Assembly: GCA_902609885.1 (NCBI GenBank)
Contig: CACLTT010000001.1
Location: forward strand, 92,170-156,169
Length of the DNA stretch: 64,000 bases
Origin: an uncultured Candidatus Hydrogenedens sp.
GTDB lineage: Bacteria > Desulfobacterota_D > UBA1144
Direction of reading: 5' to 3'
Shown here one piece after another: positions 42,365-51,037 of this stretch. The notes under the pieces are model-generated. The model was not told the DNA's origin and ran no database searches. It was given only the letters and a program-made list of their open reading frames with translations. Position 1 is the stretch's first letter. Each line of letters opens with the position of its first letter. The position numbers were made by a program, and so were the translations under genes.

Positions 42365-43380
42365 ATATCTCTGCCTATCGAATTTGCAATTATTCTTGAC
42401 TTCTCTACCATTATATTAAATTTTTTTGGCTTAAGAGATTGACCACCATCACTTAAAGCAATCTCAGGCTTATCATGAACTTCAACAGCTAATCCATCAG
42501 CTCCTGCAGCTATTGCAGCATATGCAATAGGTGAAACGTACTGCCAATATCCTGTTCCATGAGCAGGATCAGCAATTATTGGGAGATGAGTTTTTTCTTT
42601 TAATACTGGAATAGCATTAATATCAAAAGTATTTCTTGTAGCAGTTTCAAATGTTCTAATTCCTCTTTCACAAAGTGCTACTGCCATATTACCCTCGGCT
42701 AACAGATATTCAGCACACAATAAAAATTCATTTAACGAGGTAGACATACCTCTTTTTAACAGTATCGGTTTTTTTGATTTTCCAGCTTCTTTTAGTAGGG
42801 CATAATTTTGGCAATTTCTAGCACCAATTTGTAACATATCTGCATATTTACAAATAAGATCTAAATCTTTAACATCTAAAACTTCCGTAACTATTGGCAG
42901 ACCTACCTCATCACCAGCATTTTTCAATAATTTAAGCCCTTCCTCGCCAAGACCTTGAAATGTGTATGGGGAAGTCCTTGGCTTAAAAGCACCACCTCTT
43001 AAAATTGTTGCACCACCTGATTTAACAGCTTTGGCAATTTCATTGATTTGATTTTCGTTTTCAACGGAGCATGGGCCCGCTATAAGAGTTAAATTTTTAC
43101 CACCAATATTGGAATTGCCAACCTTAAATGATGTATCTTCGTTTTTAAACTCTCTGCTTCCCAATTTATTAGGTTGCATTATAGGAACAACTGCTTCCAC
43201 ACCTGGCAATTGTCCCAGAAGATTCATATGCTGTTGTTTTTCTTTCTGATTACCAACAGCTCCTATGATTGTTCTTGCCTCTCCTTTTACTATTTCAGCT
43301 TTATATCCGAACTCTTTAATCGATTTCTCGATTCTTAAGATTTCATCCTCAGAAACCGAGGGCTTTAAAACAACTATCAT
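42361..43380 (-). CDS. aroF: DAHP synthase, type I-beta with N-terminal regulatory domain
   Basis: IAGPCSVE, GGAFKPRTSPY, QIGARN, LCERGIRTF. Confidence 0.95.
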   Translation of the reverse strand: MIVVLKPSVSEDEILRIEKSIKEFGYKAEIVKGEARTIIGAVGNQKEKQQHMNLLGQLPGVEAVVPIMQPNKLGSREFKNEDTSFKVGNSNIGGKNLTLIAGPCSVENENQINEIAKAVKSGGATILRGGAFKPRTSPYTFQGLGEEGLKLLKNAGDEVGLPIVTEVLDVKDLDLICKYADMLQIGARNCQNYALLKEAGKSKKPILLKRGMSTSLNEFLLCAEYLLAEGNMAVALCERGIRTFETATRNTFDINAIPVLKEKTHLPIIADPAHGTGYWQYVSPIAYAAIAAGADGLAVEVHDKPEIALSDGGQSLKPKKFNIMVEKSRIIANSIGRDI

Positions 43381-43474
43381 TTAATTCCTCCAAATGTTAT
43401 CTATAGTATTTTATTGAAAAAAAGTTCTATATCAAATAAATTGAAATAAATTTCAATTAAATTAAGCTTCTCCA

Positions 43475-44170
43475 ATGATATTATCATATGCAAAATGGGC
43501 ATTAATTGCTATATTGACCGCATTCTTTGCGCTTTTGACTATATTAATCTCTTTAATATCCCCTAAATTTGCTGCTCTGACTACAGTAAAAATTTGGGGA
43601 AAGCTAATATTAATTATCTCGGGAGTCAGTCTCAAGATTGATGGACTAAAAAATATTGAAAATAAGCCAACTATAGTTATGTATAACCACAAGAGTTATT
43701 ATGATATATTTTCATTTGCTTCCTTTATGAATTATGATTGGAGAGCAATGATGAAGAAAGAATTACTCGATGTGCCTTTTTTTGGAACCGCAGTGAAAAT
43801 TATGGATCATTATTTTGTTTCAAGAGATGGATCATTCTCAGATAGAAGAGAAGTTGTTAAAATTATAAAAAAAATTAAAAAGGGAAAAATTATTTTTATA
43901 GCCCCTGAAGGAACTAGGAATCCTGAAAAGGGTCTATTGGATTTTAAAGACGGCGGTTTTTATATTTCTTTAAAGACAAAAGTGAATATTGTTCCAATGA
44001 TTATAAAAAATGCTGATGAAATTACAAAGAAAGGAAGTTGGAAAATTAATCCAGGACGAATTGAAATAAAAATTTTACCAGAAATAAATGTTATTGAATA
44101 TCAGAAATCTAAAGATCCAGTAAATAAATTGAAAAATGATATAAAAGAGATATTTAATTCTTATTTATAA
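43475..44170 (+). CDS. plsC: 1-acyl-sn-glycerol-3-phosphate acyltransferase
   Basis: NHKSYYD (HxxxxD), PEGTR, N-terminal transmembrane segment. Confidence 0.88.
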   Translation: MILSYAKWALIAILTAFFALLTILISLISPKFAALTTVKIWGKLILIISGVSLKIDGLKNIENKPTIVMYNHKSYYDIFSFASFMNYDWRAMMKKELLDVPFFGTAVKIMDHYFVSRDGSFSDRREVVKIIKKIKKGKIIFIAPEGTRNPEKGLLDFKDGGFYISLKTKVNIVPMIIKNADEITKKGSWKINPGRIEIKILPEINVIEYQKSKDPVNKLKNDIKEIFNSYL

Positions 44171-44744
44171 CAATCGCATAAATCTTTTTATTAATTTTAT
44201 TATAATTTTCTTGAAATTTACTGAGAGGAAGTTTACAGTCTTTATTTTTTTTCCAAACTTTGAATTTTGAATTATTAATTTCTTTTTTTATAAAATTTAA
44301 ATAATCCTGAGAATCAGTTTTAATTATTACTTGTCCTTTTCTTTTCAATAATTTATATAATTTGTTTAGTAGATCAGATTTTATGATTCTTTTTGTGATA
44401 TGTTTGTCTTTTGGCCATGGGTCGGGATTATTAATAAATATTTTTTTTATATTCTTTGAAATTAAAACAGTACCTAGCAAGTTACTAATATCACCATGAA
44501 TAAATTTAATATTTTTAAGTCCAAAGTTATCAACTCTTTTCAGGCTTTTTAATATTCGACCATATTTAATTTCTATTCCAATAAAAAAATCTTTTGGATT
44601 TTCCTTTGCTAATTTACTTATAAATTCTCCTTCACCAGATCCAATATCAAGGCTAATATTTTTCAAATCGTTAATTTCCATAACTTCATCTATTATTGAA
44701 ATATCAAAAAGATTCCTGCTATATTTCTTTATTCTTAAATTCAT
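44154..44744 (-). CDS. trmB: tRNA (guanine-N7)-methyltransferase
   Basis: DIGSGEG, GIEI, NPDPWPKDKH, KTD. Confidence 0.92.
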   Translation of the reverse strand: MNLRIKKYSRNLFDISIIDEVMEINDLKNISLDIGSGEGEFISKLAKENPKDFFIGIEIKYGRILKSLKRVDNFGLKNIKFIHGDISNLLGTVLISKNIKKIFINNPDPWPKDKHITKRIIKSDLLNKLYKLLKRKGQVIIKTDSQDYLNFIKKEINNSKFKVWKKNKDCKLPLSKFQENYNKINKKIYAIVINKN

Positions 44745-45810
44745 TTAAATACTTAATCATAATTTTTTTAATTAAATTTCTTTTGATTTCAATTTTATGC
44801 TTATTTTTTATCTTCATCATTGATCCTATTTTTGTTGGTAATGAAAATGTTATCAGCGAATTTTTATTTTTTTTATCCATCTCCATCGAATCTAATAGAT
44901 TATCTATATCATCTTTATTAAAGCTTACTTTTCTCAATTCAAATTTATCTAATAATTTTAATATCCTCTTAAAATCTTTTGTGCTCAATTTATAAAAATT
45001 ATGCGCTATTAATGATTCAATTGCCATTCCAGTCCCTATACAATCTCCATGTGAAAACTTGTATAAGTAATTTTTTTCTATAGCATGACCAATAGTATGC
45101 CCAAAATTTAAGATACTTCTTAAATCATTTTCTTTAAAATCTTTCTCGACTGTATCAATTTTAATTTTTATACATTTTTTAATAATTTTATCAATATTAT
45201 TTTTTTCATTCTTCATAAAAAATTTATTTGATTTTTCAAGAATATTGAAAATCTCCTCATTTTTAATTACTCCATACTTGATAATTTCGCTTAAACCTTG
45301 ACGTATTTCTTTTGATGATAAAGTACGAATAAACTCAGAGTTAATTAATATTTCTCTAGGATTGTAGAATGAACCAATTAAATTTTTTCCATTTTTAGAA
45401 TTAATTCCAGTTTTACCTCCAATAGAACTATCAACTATGGCTATTAGCGATGTTGGAATATGCACAAGATCTATACCTCTTAATATAGTGGCAGCTACAT
45501 ACCCTGATAGATCACCAACTACACCTCCTCCAAAGCCTATTATTAAAGAGTTTCTATTGAATTTTTTTTCTAATAATTTTTCATCTAAACTATTTTTAAC
45601 AGTAAATGATTTAGATTTTTCACCAGGCTTTATTTTTAAGATATCTAATCCTCTAACATTTATTTTTTCTTTATAAATTTTGTAAACATTTTCATCAGTT
45701 ATTAATGCAACTTTATAATATTTTTTTGTTAAATCATTAAGATATTTTTTAAGATTCATATTAAAATAAATCTTATATGATTGATCGTTTGCAGTATTTT
45801 TTATTATCAT
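44719..45810 (-). CDS. aroB: 3-dehydroquinate synthase
   Basis: GEKSK, GGGVVGDLSG, DSSIGGKTGIN, LNFGHTIGHAIE. Confidence 0.96.
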   Translation of the reverse strand: MIIKNTANDQSYKIYFNMNLKKYLNDLTKKYYKVALITDENVYKIYKEKINVRGLDILKIKPGEKSKSFTVKNSLDEKLLEKKFNRNSLIIGFGGGVVGDLSGYVAATILRGIDLVHIPTSLIAIVDSSIGGKTGINSKNGKNLIGSFYNPREILINSEFIRTLSSKEIRQGLSEIIKYGVIKNEEIFNILEKSNKFFMKNEKNNIDKIIKKCIKIKIDTVEKDFKENDLRSILNFGHTIGHAIEKNYLYKFSHGDCIGTGMAIESLIAHNFYKLSTKDFKRILKLLDKFELRKVSFNKDDIDNLLDSMEMDKKNKNSLITFSLPTKIGSMMKIKNKHKIEIKRNLIKKIMIKYLNEFKNKEI

Positions 45811-46320
45811 CTAATATTGGATTAAAGAATGTATGTTATTACATTCAATATTTGTTCTCCCAGCTAAATTTAATAATTCAATAACAAATGAAACTGATTT
45901 AATCTCACTATCAAAATTCTTGGTTAAAGTTTCCAATGCAGATATAGTCCCACCTGTTGCAAGAAGATCATCTATGATGGCAACCTTCGAACCAGGTTTT
46001 AGAGAGTCAATATGCATTTGAAAGCAATCTGAACCATATTCTAATTCATATTTAACCTCAAAAGTCTTGTATGGTAGTTTGCCTTTCTTTCTAGCCAAAA
46101 TGAGCTCTTTATCTAAATTAAAACAGACTGCAGACGCAAAAATAAAACCTCTTGATTCAGGCGCAATTATCGAATCCACGTTATCAGGAATAGTTTTTGA
46201 AATTTCATTGACAACAAATTTGAAAGCGCTTGAATTTTTTAGTATAGGTGTAATATCTCTATAAAGGATCCCTTTTTTAGGAAAATCAGGAACAGATCTT
46301 ACATAATTTTTTAATTCCAT
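45811..46320 (-). CDS. apt: Adenine phosphoribosyltransferase
   Basis: PDFPKKGI, ESRGF, RKKGKLP, DDLLATGGT. Confidence 0.97.
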   Translation of the reverse strand: MELKNYVRSVPDFPKKGILYRDITPILKNSSAFKFVVNEISKTIPDNVDSIIAPESRGFIFASAVCFNLDKELILARKKGKLPYKTFEVKYELEYGSDCFQMHIDSLKPGSKVAIIDDLLATGGTISALETLTKNFDSEIKSVSFVIELLNLAGRTNIECNNIHSLIQY

Positions 46321-46883
46321 TTGTAATATAAATATATAATTAAAAAACCTATTAGGCTAATCATTAGAATATTAAATTTTTTACTTTTTGTAATTTCTTC
46401 AAATCTATCACCATATTTATATCCTAAATAAGAAAAAATAAAAAACCTGGACCCTCTTCCAATAATAGAGCCTAAAAGAAAATCCATGAAATTAACATTC
46501 ATGACACCTGCAGATATACAAAAAATCTTAAATGGTAATGGTGTGAATGCTGAGGTAAGCATCATAGTGAAAGTTTGATCATTGATTTTTAGTTTGAGTT
46601 TTTCAATATTTTCTAAATTATTGGTTATGAATTTAAAATTAGTTTCTTTTGATATGTTAACTATCTGTTCTCCTAAATAATAAGCTATACAGCCACCAAC
46701 TACTGAAAAAATTGTACACAGGAAAAAAGGATAAAATATCTTCTTAAATTTTTTACCTATACATATGAGTGCTAGAAATGGATCTGGGGGAATAATAAAA
46801 AATATTGATTCCGTAAAGGATATAATACACATAGCATATATACCTTTCGTACTTTTAAAATATTTAATAAGTCGACTTTTCAT
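46311..46883 (-). CDS. YqaA/DedA-family membrane protein
   Basis: SFTESIFFIIPPD, FTPLPFK, GRGSRF. Confidence 0.88.
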   Translation of the reverse strand: MKSRLIKYFKSTKGIYAMCIISFTESIFFIIPPDPFLALICIGKKFKKIFYPFFLCTIFSVVGGCIAYYLGEQIVNISKETNFKFITNNLENIEKLKLKINDQTFTMMLTSAFTPLPFKIFCISAGVMNVNFMDFLLGSIIGRGSRFFIFSYLGYKYGDRFEEITKSKKFNILMISLIGFLIIYLYYKWN

Positions 46884-47617
46884 AGTTTTTTTAAATTTAG
46901 TCTAGGAAATTCAAGGTCTGTATAATTCGTTTTAAGAGGAGTAACTGAGACAAAACCTGACTTAATTGCATCAATATCACTTCCCGCAATTGATTTATAG
47001 CTTAAGTCATTTCCTCCAATCCAATGGTATTCGTAACCTCTTGGATCTTTTTTTGTTATTATTTTATGTCCATAAGTTCGCGAACCCTGACATGTAAACT
47101 TTATTCCTTTGATCTCACTTTCATCTAAGTTAGGAAAATTAAAATTCAAAAAAAATTTCTCAATTTTTGCATTTATTATTTGATTAAATATTTTAGAAAA
47201 TAGATTCGCAGTTGATTCAAACTTGGGATTTTTTTTATTAACAATTGAAACCGCGATTGAATTTATCCCATGAAGATACCCTTCTCTTGCTGCGCCAACA
47301 GTCCCAGAATAATTTATATCATCACCAACATTTGCACCATCATTAATTCCAGAAATGACAATATCAAATTTTTTATTAATCTTTTTACTGTTAATTGCAA
47401 AATTTACACAATCAGCTGGTAAACCACTTATAGAGTAAGTACTAGCTGATATTTTTTTACATCTTAATGGCTTTCCTAAACTTATGGAATGACTAGTTGT
47501 ACTTTGATTATTCTCTGGTGCTACTATGGTTACATCTCCATATTTAGAAATGTATTCTTCTAGAACTTTAATTCCTTGAGCTCTATAGCCATCATCATTT
47601 GTTAATAAAATATTCAT
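46880..47617 (-). CDS. surE: 5'/3'-nucleotidase SurE
   Basis: ILLTNDDG, SGINDGAN, YSGTVGAA, SVTPL. Confidence 0.96.
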   Translation of the reverse strand: MNILLTNDDGYRAQGIKVLEEYISKYGDVTIVAPENNQSTTSHSISLGKPLRCKKISASTYSISGLPADCVNFAINSKKINKKFDIVISGINDGANVGDDINYSGTVGAAREGYLHGINSIAVSIVNKKNPKFESTANLFSKIFNQIINAKIEKFFLNFNFPNLDESEIKGIKFTCQGSRTYGHKIITKKDPRGYEYHWIGGNDLSYKSIAGSDIDAIKSGFVSVTPLKTNYTDLEFPRLNLKKL

Positions 47618-47624
47618 AATTTCA

Positions 47625-47697
47625 TCGGGGTGATTGGACTTGAACCAACGACCCCTGGTCCCCCAGACCAGTGCGCTACCGACTGCGCCACACCCCG
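47625..47697 (-). tRNA. tRNA-Pro(GGG)
   Basis: Reverse complement CGGGGTG...CACCCCG-A; anticodon arm CTGGT-CTGGGGG-ACCAG; conserved merR-tRNAPro-surE context. Confidence 0.94.
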
Positions 47698-47700
47698 TAA

Positions 47701-48042
47701 TTATGGAGTATCTATCAATTTTTCTATTTTAAACTTTATAAGTTTTAACTTATCCAGAATCTCTATTTGCCTATTTATTTTACCTGCCAATTTTTGATCT
47801 ATATTATTATAATTAGAGTTTATTTTTGAAACATTTTTGAATTTATTTAAATTCATAATTATTTCAATTGCATTGTAATGATATAACTTATGAGTATATC
47901 CTTCTGTGCTTCTTAATTGATCTTTTAAGCTTGCATAATTATTAGTCCAATATCTTATTTTAGAAGAAGGAATACCAGTGATTTTTTCTAATTCACCAAT
48001 TTTATAATAATATTTTTCTTTATTATTTGTAGTTACAATCAT
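47701..48042 (-). CDS. MerR-family HTH protein
   Basis: YYKIGE...TGIP...IRYW MerR HTH; usual position before tRNA-Pro. Confidence 0.8.
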   Translation of the reverse strand: MIVTTNNKEKYYYKIGELEKITGIPSSKIRYWTNNYASLKDQLRSTEGYTHKLYHYNAIEIIMNLNKFKNVSKINSNYNNIDQKLAGKINRQIEILDKLKLIKFKIEKLIDTP

Positions 48043-48066
48043 AGAATCAAAATAAGATATTAATTT

Positions 48067-48684
48067 TTATGTGTCAATTAAATTTATATTAAAGCTTTTT
48101 CTATGGAAAAGAGATTTACCAAATCTTCTTATGCTTTTAATATGCTCCTCAGTCCCATAGCCTACATTATTAACGAGTTTATAATATGGATAAAATCTAT
48201 CATATTTTTTAATAATGAAATCTCTAATAAATTTTGCAATAATAGAGGATAACCCTATTACTTTACATTTATCGTCCCCATGTATAACTGTTTCTTGGTA
48301 AAAACCTACATCTAACATTTTATCTTTTCCATCTACTAAAGCAGCATCAATTTTTATTCCAATATTTTCAATTGAATTTTTCATAGCAAGTAGAGTTGCA
48401 TTTTTAATATTTATTAAATCTATATCTCGGTTATTTACAAAGCCAAGGCCGAATTTACAATTTTTATTAATCATATCCTCTATAATATTATTCCTTTTTT
48501 TTTCCGATAATTTTTTTGAATCTTTAATTTTACTTAAATCCAAAGACATAAAATTATCATCCAAAAGAACTGAGCAGGCTACTATTGGACCAAATAAAGC
48601 TCCTCTTCCAACCTCATCAACTCCAACAACATAGTTAAATCTATTCCTATATTGCTTTTCGATTAAAGAAAGAGAATTATTTAT
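48067..48684 (-). CDS. rnhB: Ribonuclease HII (start codon non-canonical or uncertain)
   Basis: In-frame GVDEVGRGALFGP upstream of the called TTG (48564); DSKKLS, VDG, GD, SIIAK, GYGT, HRKSF; tentative ATA start at 48684. Confidence 0.88.
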   Translation of the reverse strand: MNNSLSLIEKQYRNRFNYVVGVDEVGRGALFGPIVACSVLLDDNFMSLDLSKIKDSKKLSEKKRNNIIEDMINKNCKFGLGFVNNRDIDLINIKNATLLAMKNSIENIGIKIDAALVDGKDKMLDVGFYQETVIHGDDKCKVIGLSSIIAKFIRDFIIKKYDRFYPYYKLVNNVGYGTEEHIKSIRRFGKSLFHRKSFNINLIDT

Positions 48685-49562
48685 TTTTTTAATTTTGTAA
48701 TTTCCTTTACTAATTTATCAGAAAACTTTTTAGATAATTTAACTAATGGCGACCTAATCTCATTACTACAAAGCTTTAAATGATTCATGGCAAACTTTAT
48801 TGGAATAGGGTTTGTTTCAAGAAATAAAAATTCATTAATACGTTTCAACTTATTATTTATTTTTTCGCTTTTTTTAATTTCCCCAGAAATAAAATTATTA
48901 TAAATATCAGAACACTCTTTAGGTAAAAGATTTGAAGTTACCGAAATGAAACCTTTTCCACCTTGTTTTAATATGGAGAAATTTAATGAGTCTTCTCCTG
49001 ATAGTACTATAAATTTCTTTGGACAGTTTTTGATTATATCTTTCACTTTTTTAATAGAACCAGAGGCTTCTTTGATTCCAATAATATTTCTATTTTTTTT
49101 CACTAATTCTATAATGGTTTTAATATCTAGATCTACAACAGACCTGCCGGGTATGTTGTATAAAATGATTGGAAGCTTAGTTTTTAAAGCTATTTGGCTA
49201 AAGTGATTAAATAAACCTCTTTGTGTTGGTTTGTTATAATAAGGAACAACTTGAAGACTAGCATTAGCTCCCGCTTTTTCGGCAGCTTTGGTTAGCCGGA
49301 TGGCCTCTAAGGTTGAATTTGAGCCGGTTCCAGCGATTACAGGAACTCTTCCATTCGCCTCTCTAACAGTAATTTCAATAACTTTATCATGTTCCTTGTG
49401 ACTTAATGTAGGAGATTCTCCAGTTGTTCCACAGGGTACTAATCCATGAATACCGCTTTCAATTTGTCTTCTAATTAATTTTTTAAAAGTAATTTTATCA
49501 AGATTACCTTTTTTATCAAAGGGAGTTACTAATGCAGTGATACATCCATGAATATAATTCAT
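48681..49562 (-). CDS. dapA: 4-hydroxy-tetrahydrodipicolinate synthase
   Basis: TALVTPF, GTTGES, PYYNKP, YNIPGR, IKEASG, NPIPIK. Confidence 0.97.
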   Translation of the reverse strand: MNYIHGCITALVTPFDKKGNLDKITFKKLIRRQIESGIHGLVPCGTTGESPTLSHKEHDKVIEITVREANGRVPVIAGTGSNSTLEAIRLTKAAEKAGANASLQVVPYYNKPTQRGLFNHFSQIALKTKLPIILYNIPGRSVVDLDIKTIIELVKKNRNIIGIKEASGSIKKVKDIIKNCPKKFIVLSGEDSLNFSILKQGGKGFISVTSNLLPKECSDIYNNFISGEIKKSEKINNKLKRINEFLFLETNPIPIKFAMNHLKLCSNEIRSPLVKLSKKFSDKLVKEITKLKK

Positions 49563-49580
49563 AACTATATAATACAATAC

Positions 49581-50579
49581 TTATTTTCTTACTAAAAGCT
49601 CGGCAATTTGAATAGCATTAAGTGCTGCCCCTTTTCTTATTTGATCACCAACAATCCAAGCCGATACACAATTACCCTTAGAATAGTCTTTCCTTATCCT
49701 GCCAATTATACAATTATCTCTATTACTTGAATCAATTGGTGTGGGAAATTGATTTTTTTTTGGATTATCAATCAGATCAATACCTGGGAACTTAATTATT
49801 TCCTTTTTAATTTTATTAATTTCTATATTTCCTTTGAATTCGATATTTAAACTTATACTGTGAGATCTAAGAACAGGAACCCTTACGGTGGTGGCGCTTA
49901 ATAGAATATTTTTATCGTTTAGTATTTTTCTTGATTCATTATTAAATTTCATTTCTTCCTCGGTATAACCATTTAAATTGAAAGATCCAATTTTAGGTAT
50001 GACATTAAAAGTTATATTTTTATCGAAAACTTTATTTAAACTTTTTTTATTATTAAAAAATCTCTTTGTATTTTCAAGGAGTTCATTCATACCGTTATTT
50101 CCGGCACCAGAAACTGATTGGAAACTTGTTGCTACAACTCTTTTGATTTTTTGAAGATTCAGCAGTGGCTTGATACCCATTAATGAAATTATAGTTGTGC
50201 AATTTGGATTAGCTATAATTCTACTATTAGAGCTCATTAGAGCATCTGGATTAATTTCAGGAATTATTAAGGGAATATTCTTATTAAGTCTGAAAGCTGA
50301 GCTATTATCTATAACGTATGAGCCATTATTTGAAGCAATTTTTGCAAATTTTTTGCTCACTGTTGAACCAGCTACAAAAAAAACTAAATCTAGGCCTTCT
50401 AAATTTTTTTTATTTAATCGTATTATTTTATATACCTTACTTTTAAATTTAATTTTTTTTCCTATAGATTTATTAGATGCAAAAAGTCTGATTTCAGAAA
50501 AAGAAAATCTTCTTTCTTTCACCAAATTAAGAAGTTCATGCCCAACAGCCCCAGTTATACCAACTATTCCAATTTTCAT
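49581..50579 (-). CDS. asd: Aspartate-semialdehyde dehydrogenase
   Basis: GITGAVG, DNSSAFR, ANPNCTT, QSVSGAG, RVPV..SH, RKGAALNA. Confidence 0.97.
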   Translation of the reverse strand: MKIGIVGITGAVGHELLNLVKERRFSFSEIRLFASNKSIGKKIKFKSKVYKIIRLNKKNLEGLDLVFFVAGSTVSKKFAKIASNNGSYVIDNSSAFRLNKNIPLIIPEINPDALMSSNSRIIANPNCTTIISLMGIKPLLNLQKIKRVVATSFQSVSGAGNNGMNELLENTKRFFNNKKSLNKVFDKNITFNVIPKIGSFNLNGYTEEEMKFNNESRKILNDKNILLSATTVRVPVLRSHSISLNIEFKGNIEINKIKKEIIKFPGIDLIDNPKKNQFPTPIDSSNRDNCIIGRIRKDYSKGNCVSAWIVGDQIRKGAALNAIQIAELLVRK

Positions 50580-51016
50580 TCTAAATCATCAATTCCTCTA
50601 ATATTCTCAAGTTCTTCTATATCTACTTCAGTATTAATCCAGCTCAAAATAATATTCTCAATTTTTTCTCTATCAACAGACATCAATCCCATTGTCAGTA
50701 TATTCGAATCATTCCATTTTTTTGCACATATGGCAATTTCTTCATTATTACATAAGGTAGCCCTAATACCTTTGAATCTATTAGCAACAATTGTAACCCC
50801 CGTACCCGTATAACAAAAAATAATTCCGAGGTTAGCTCTTTTGTTTTGAACATCTAAGGCAATTTTTTTTGAAATTTCAACCCATGAATAATTATCATTA
50901 TTAAGTCCTCCATAAAGATTAACTTTATAATGTTTTGAAATTAAAAAATTATTCACTCTTGAAACAATTTCATCATTACTATCTGCGCCTAAGGATATAG
51001 TTAATTTCTTTTTCAT
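50576..51016 (-). CDS. rpiB: RpiB/LacA/LacB family sugar-phosphate isomerase
   Basis: CYTGTG, ANRFKGIRA, WNDSNIL. Confidence 0.8.
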   Translation of the reverse strand: MKKKLTISLGADSNDEIVSRVNNFLISKHYKVNLYGGLNNDNYSWVEISKKIALDVQNKRANLGIIFCYTGTGVTIVANRFKGIRATLCNNEEIAICAKKWNDSNILTMGLMSVDREKIENIILSWINTEVDIEELENIRGIDDLE

Positions 51017-51037
51017 AATTATATTATCATATGATAA

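Noticed and set aside
50576-51016. RpiB lacking the usual DH motif (GADS)
   Set aside because: The catalytic Cys-x-Thr-Gly is retained and such variants occur in the family; too weak to call.
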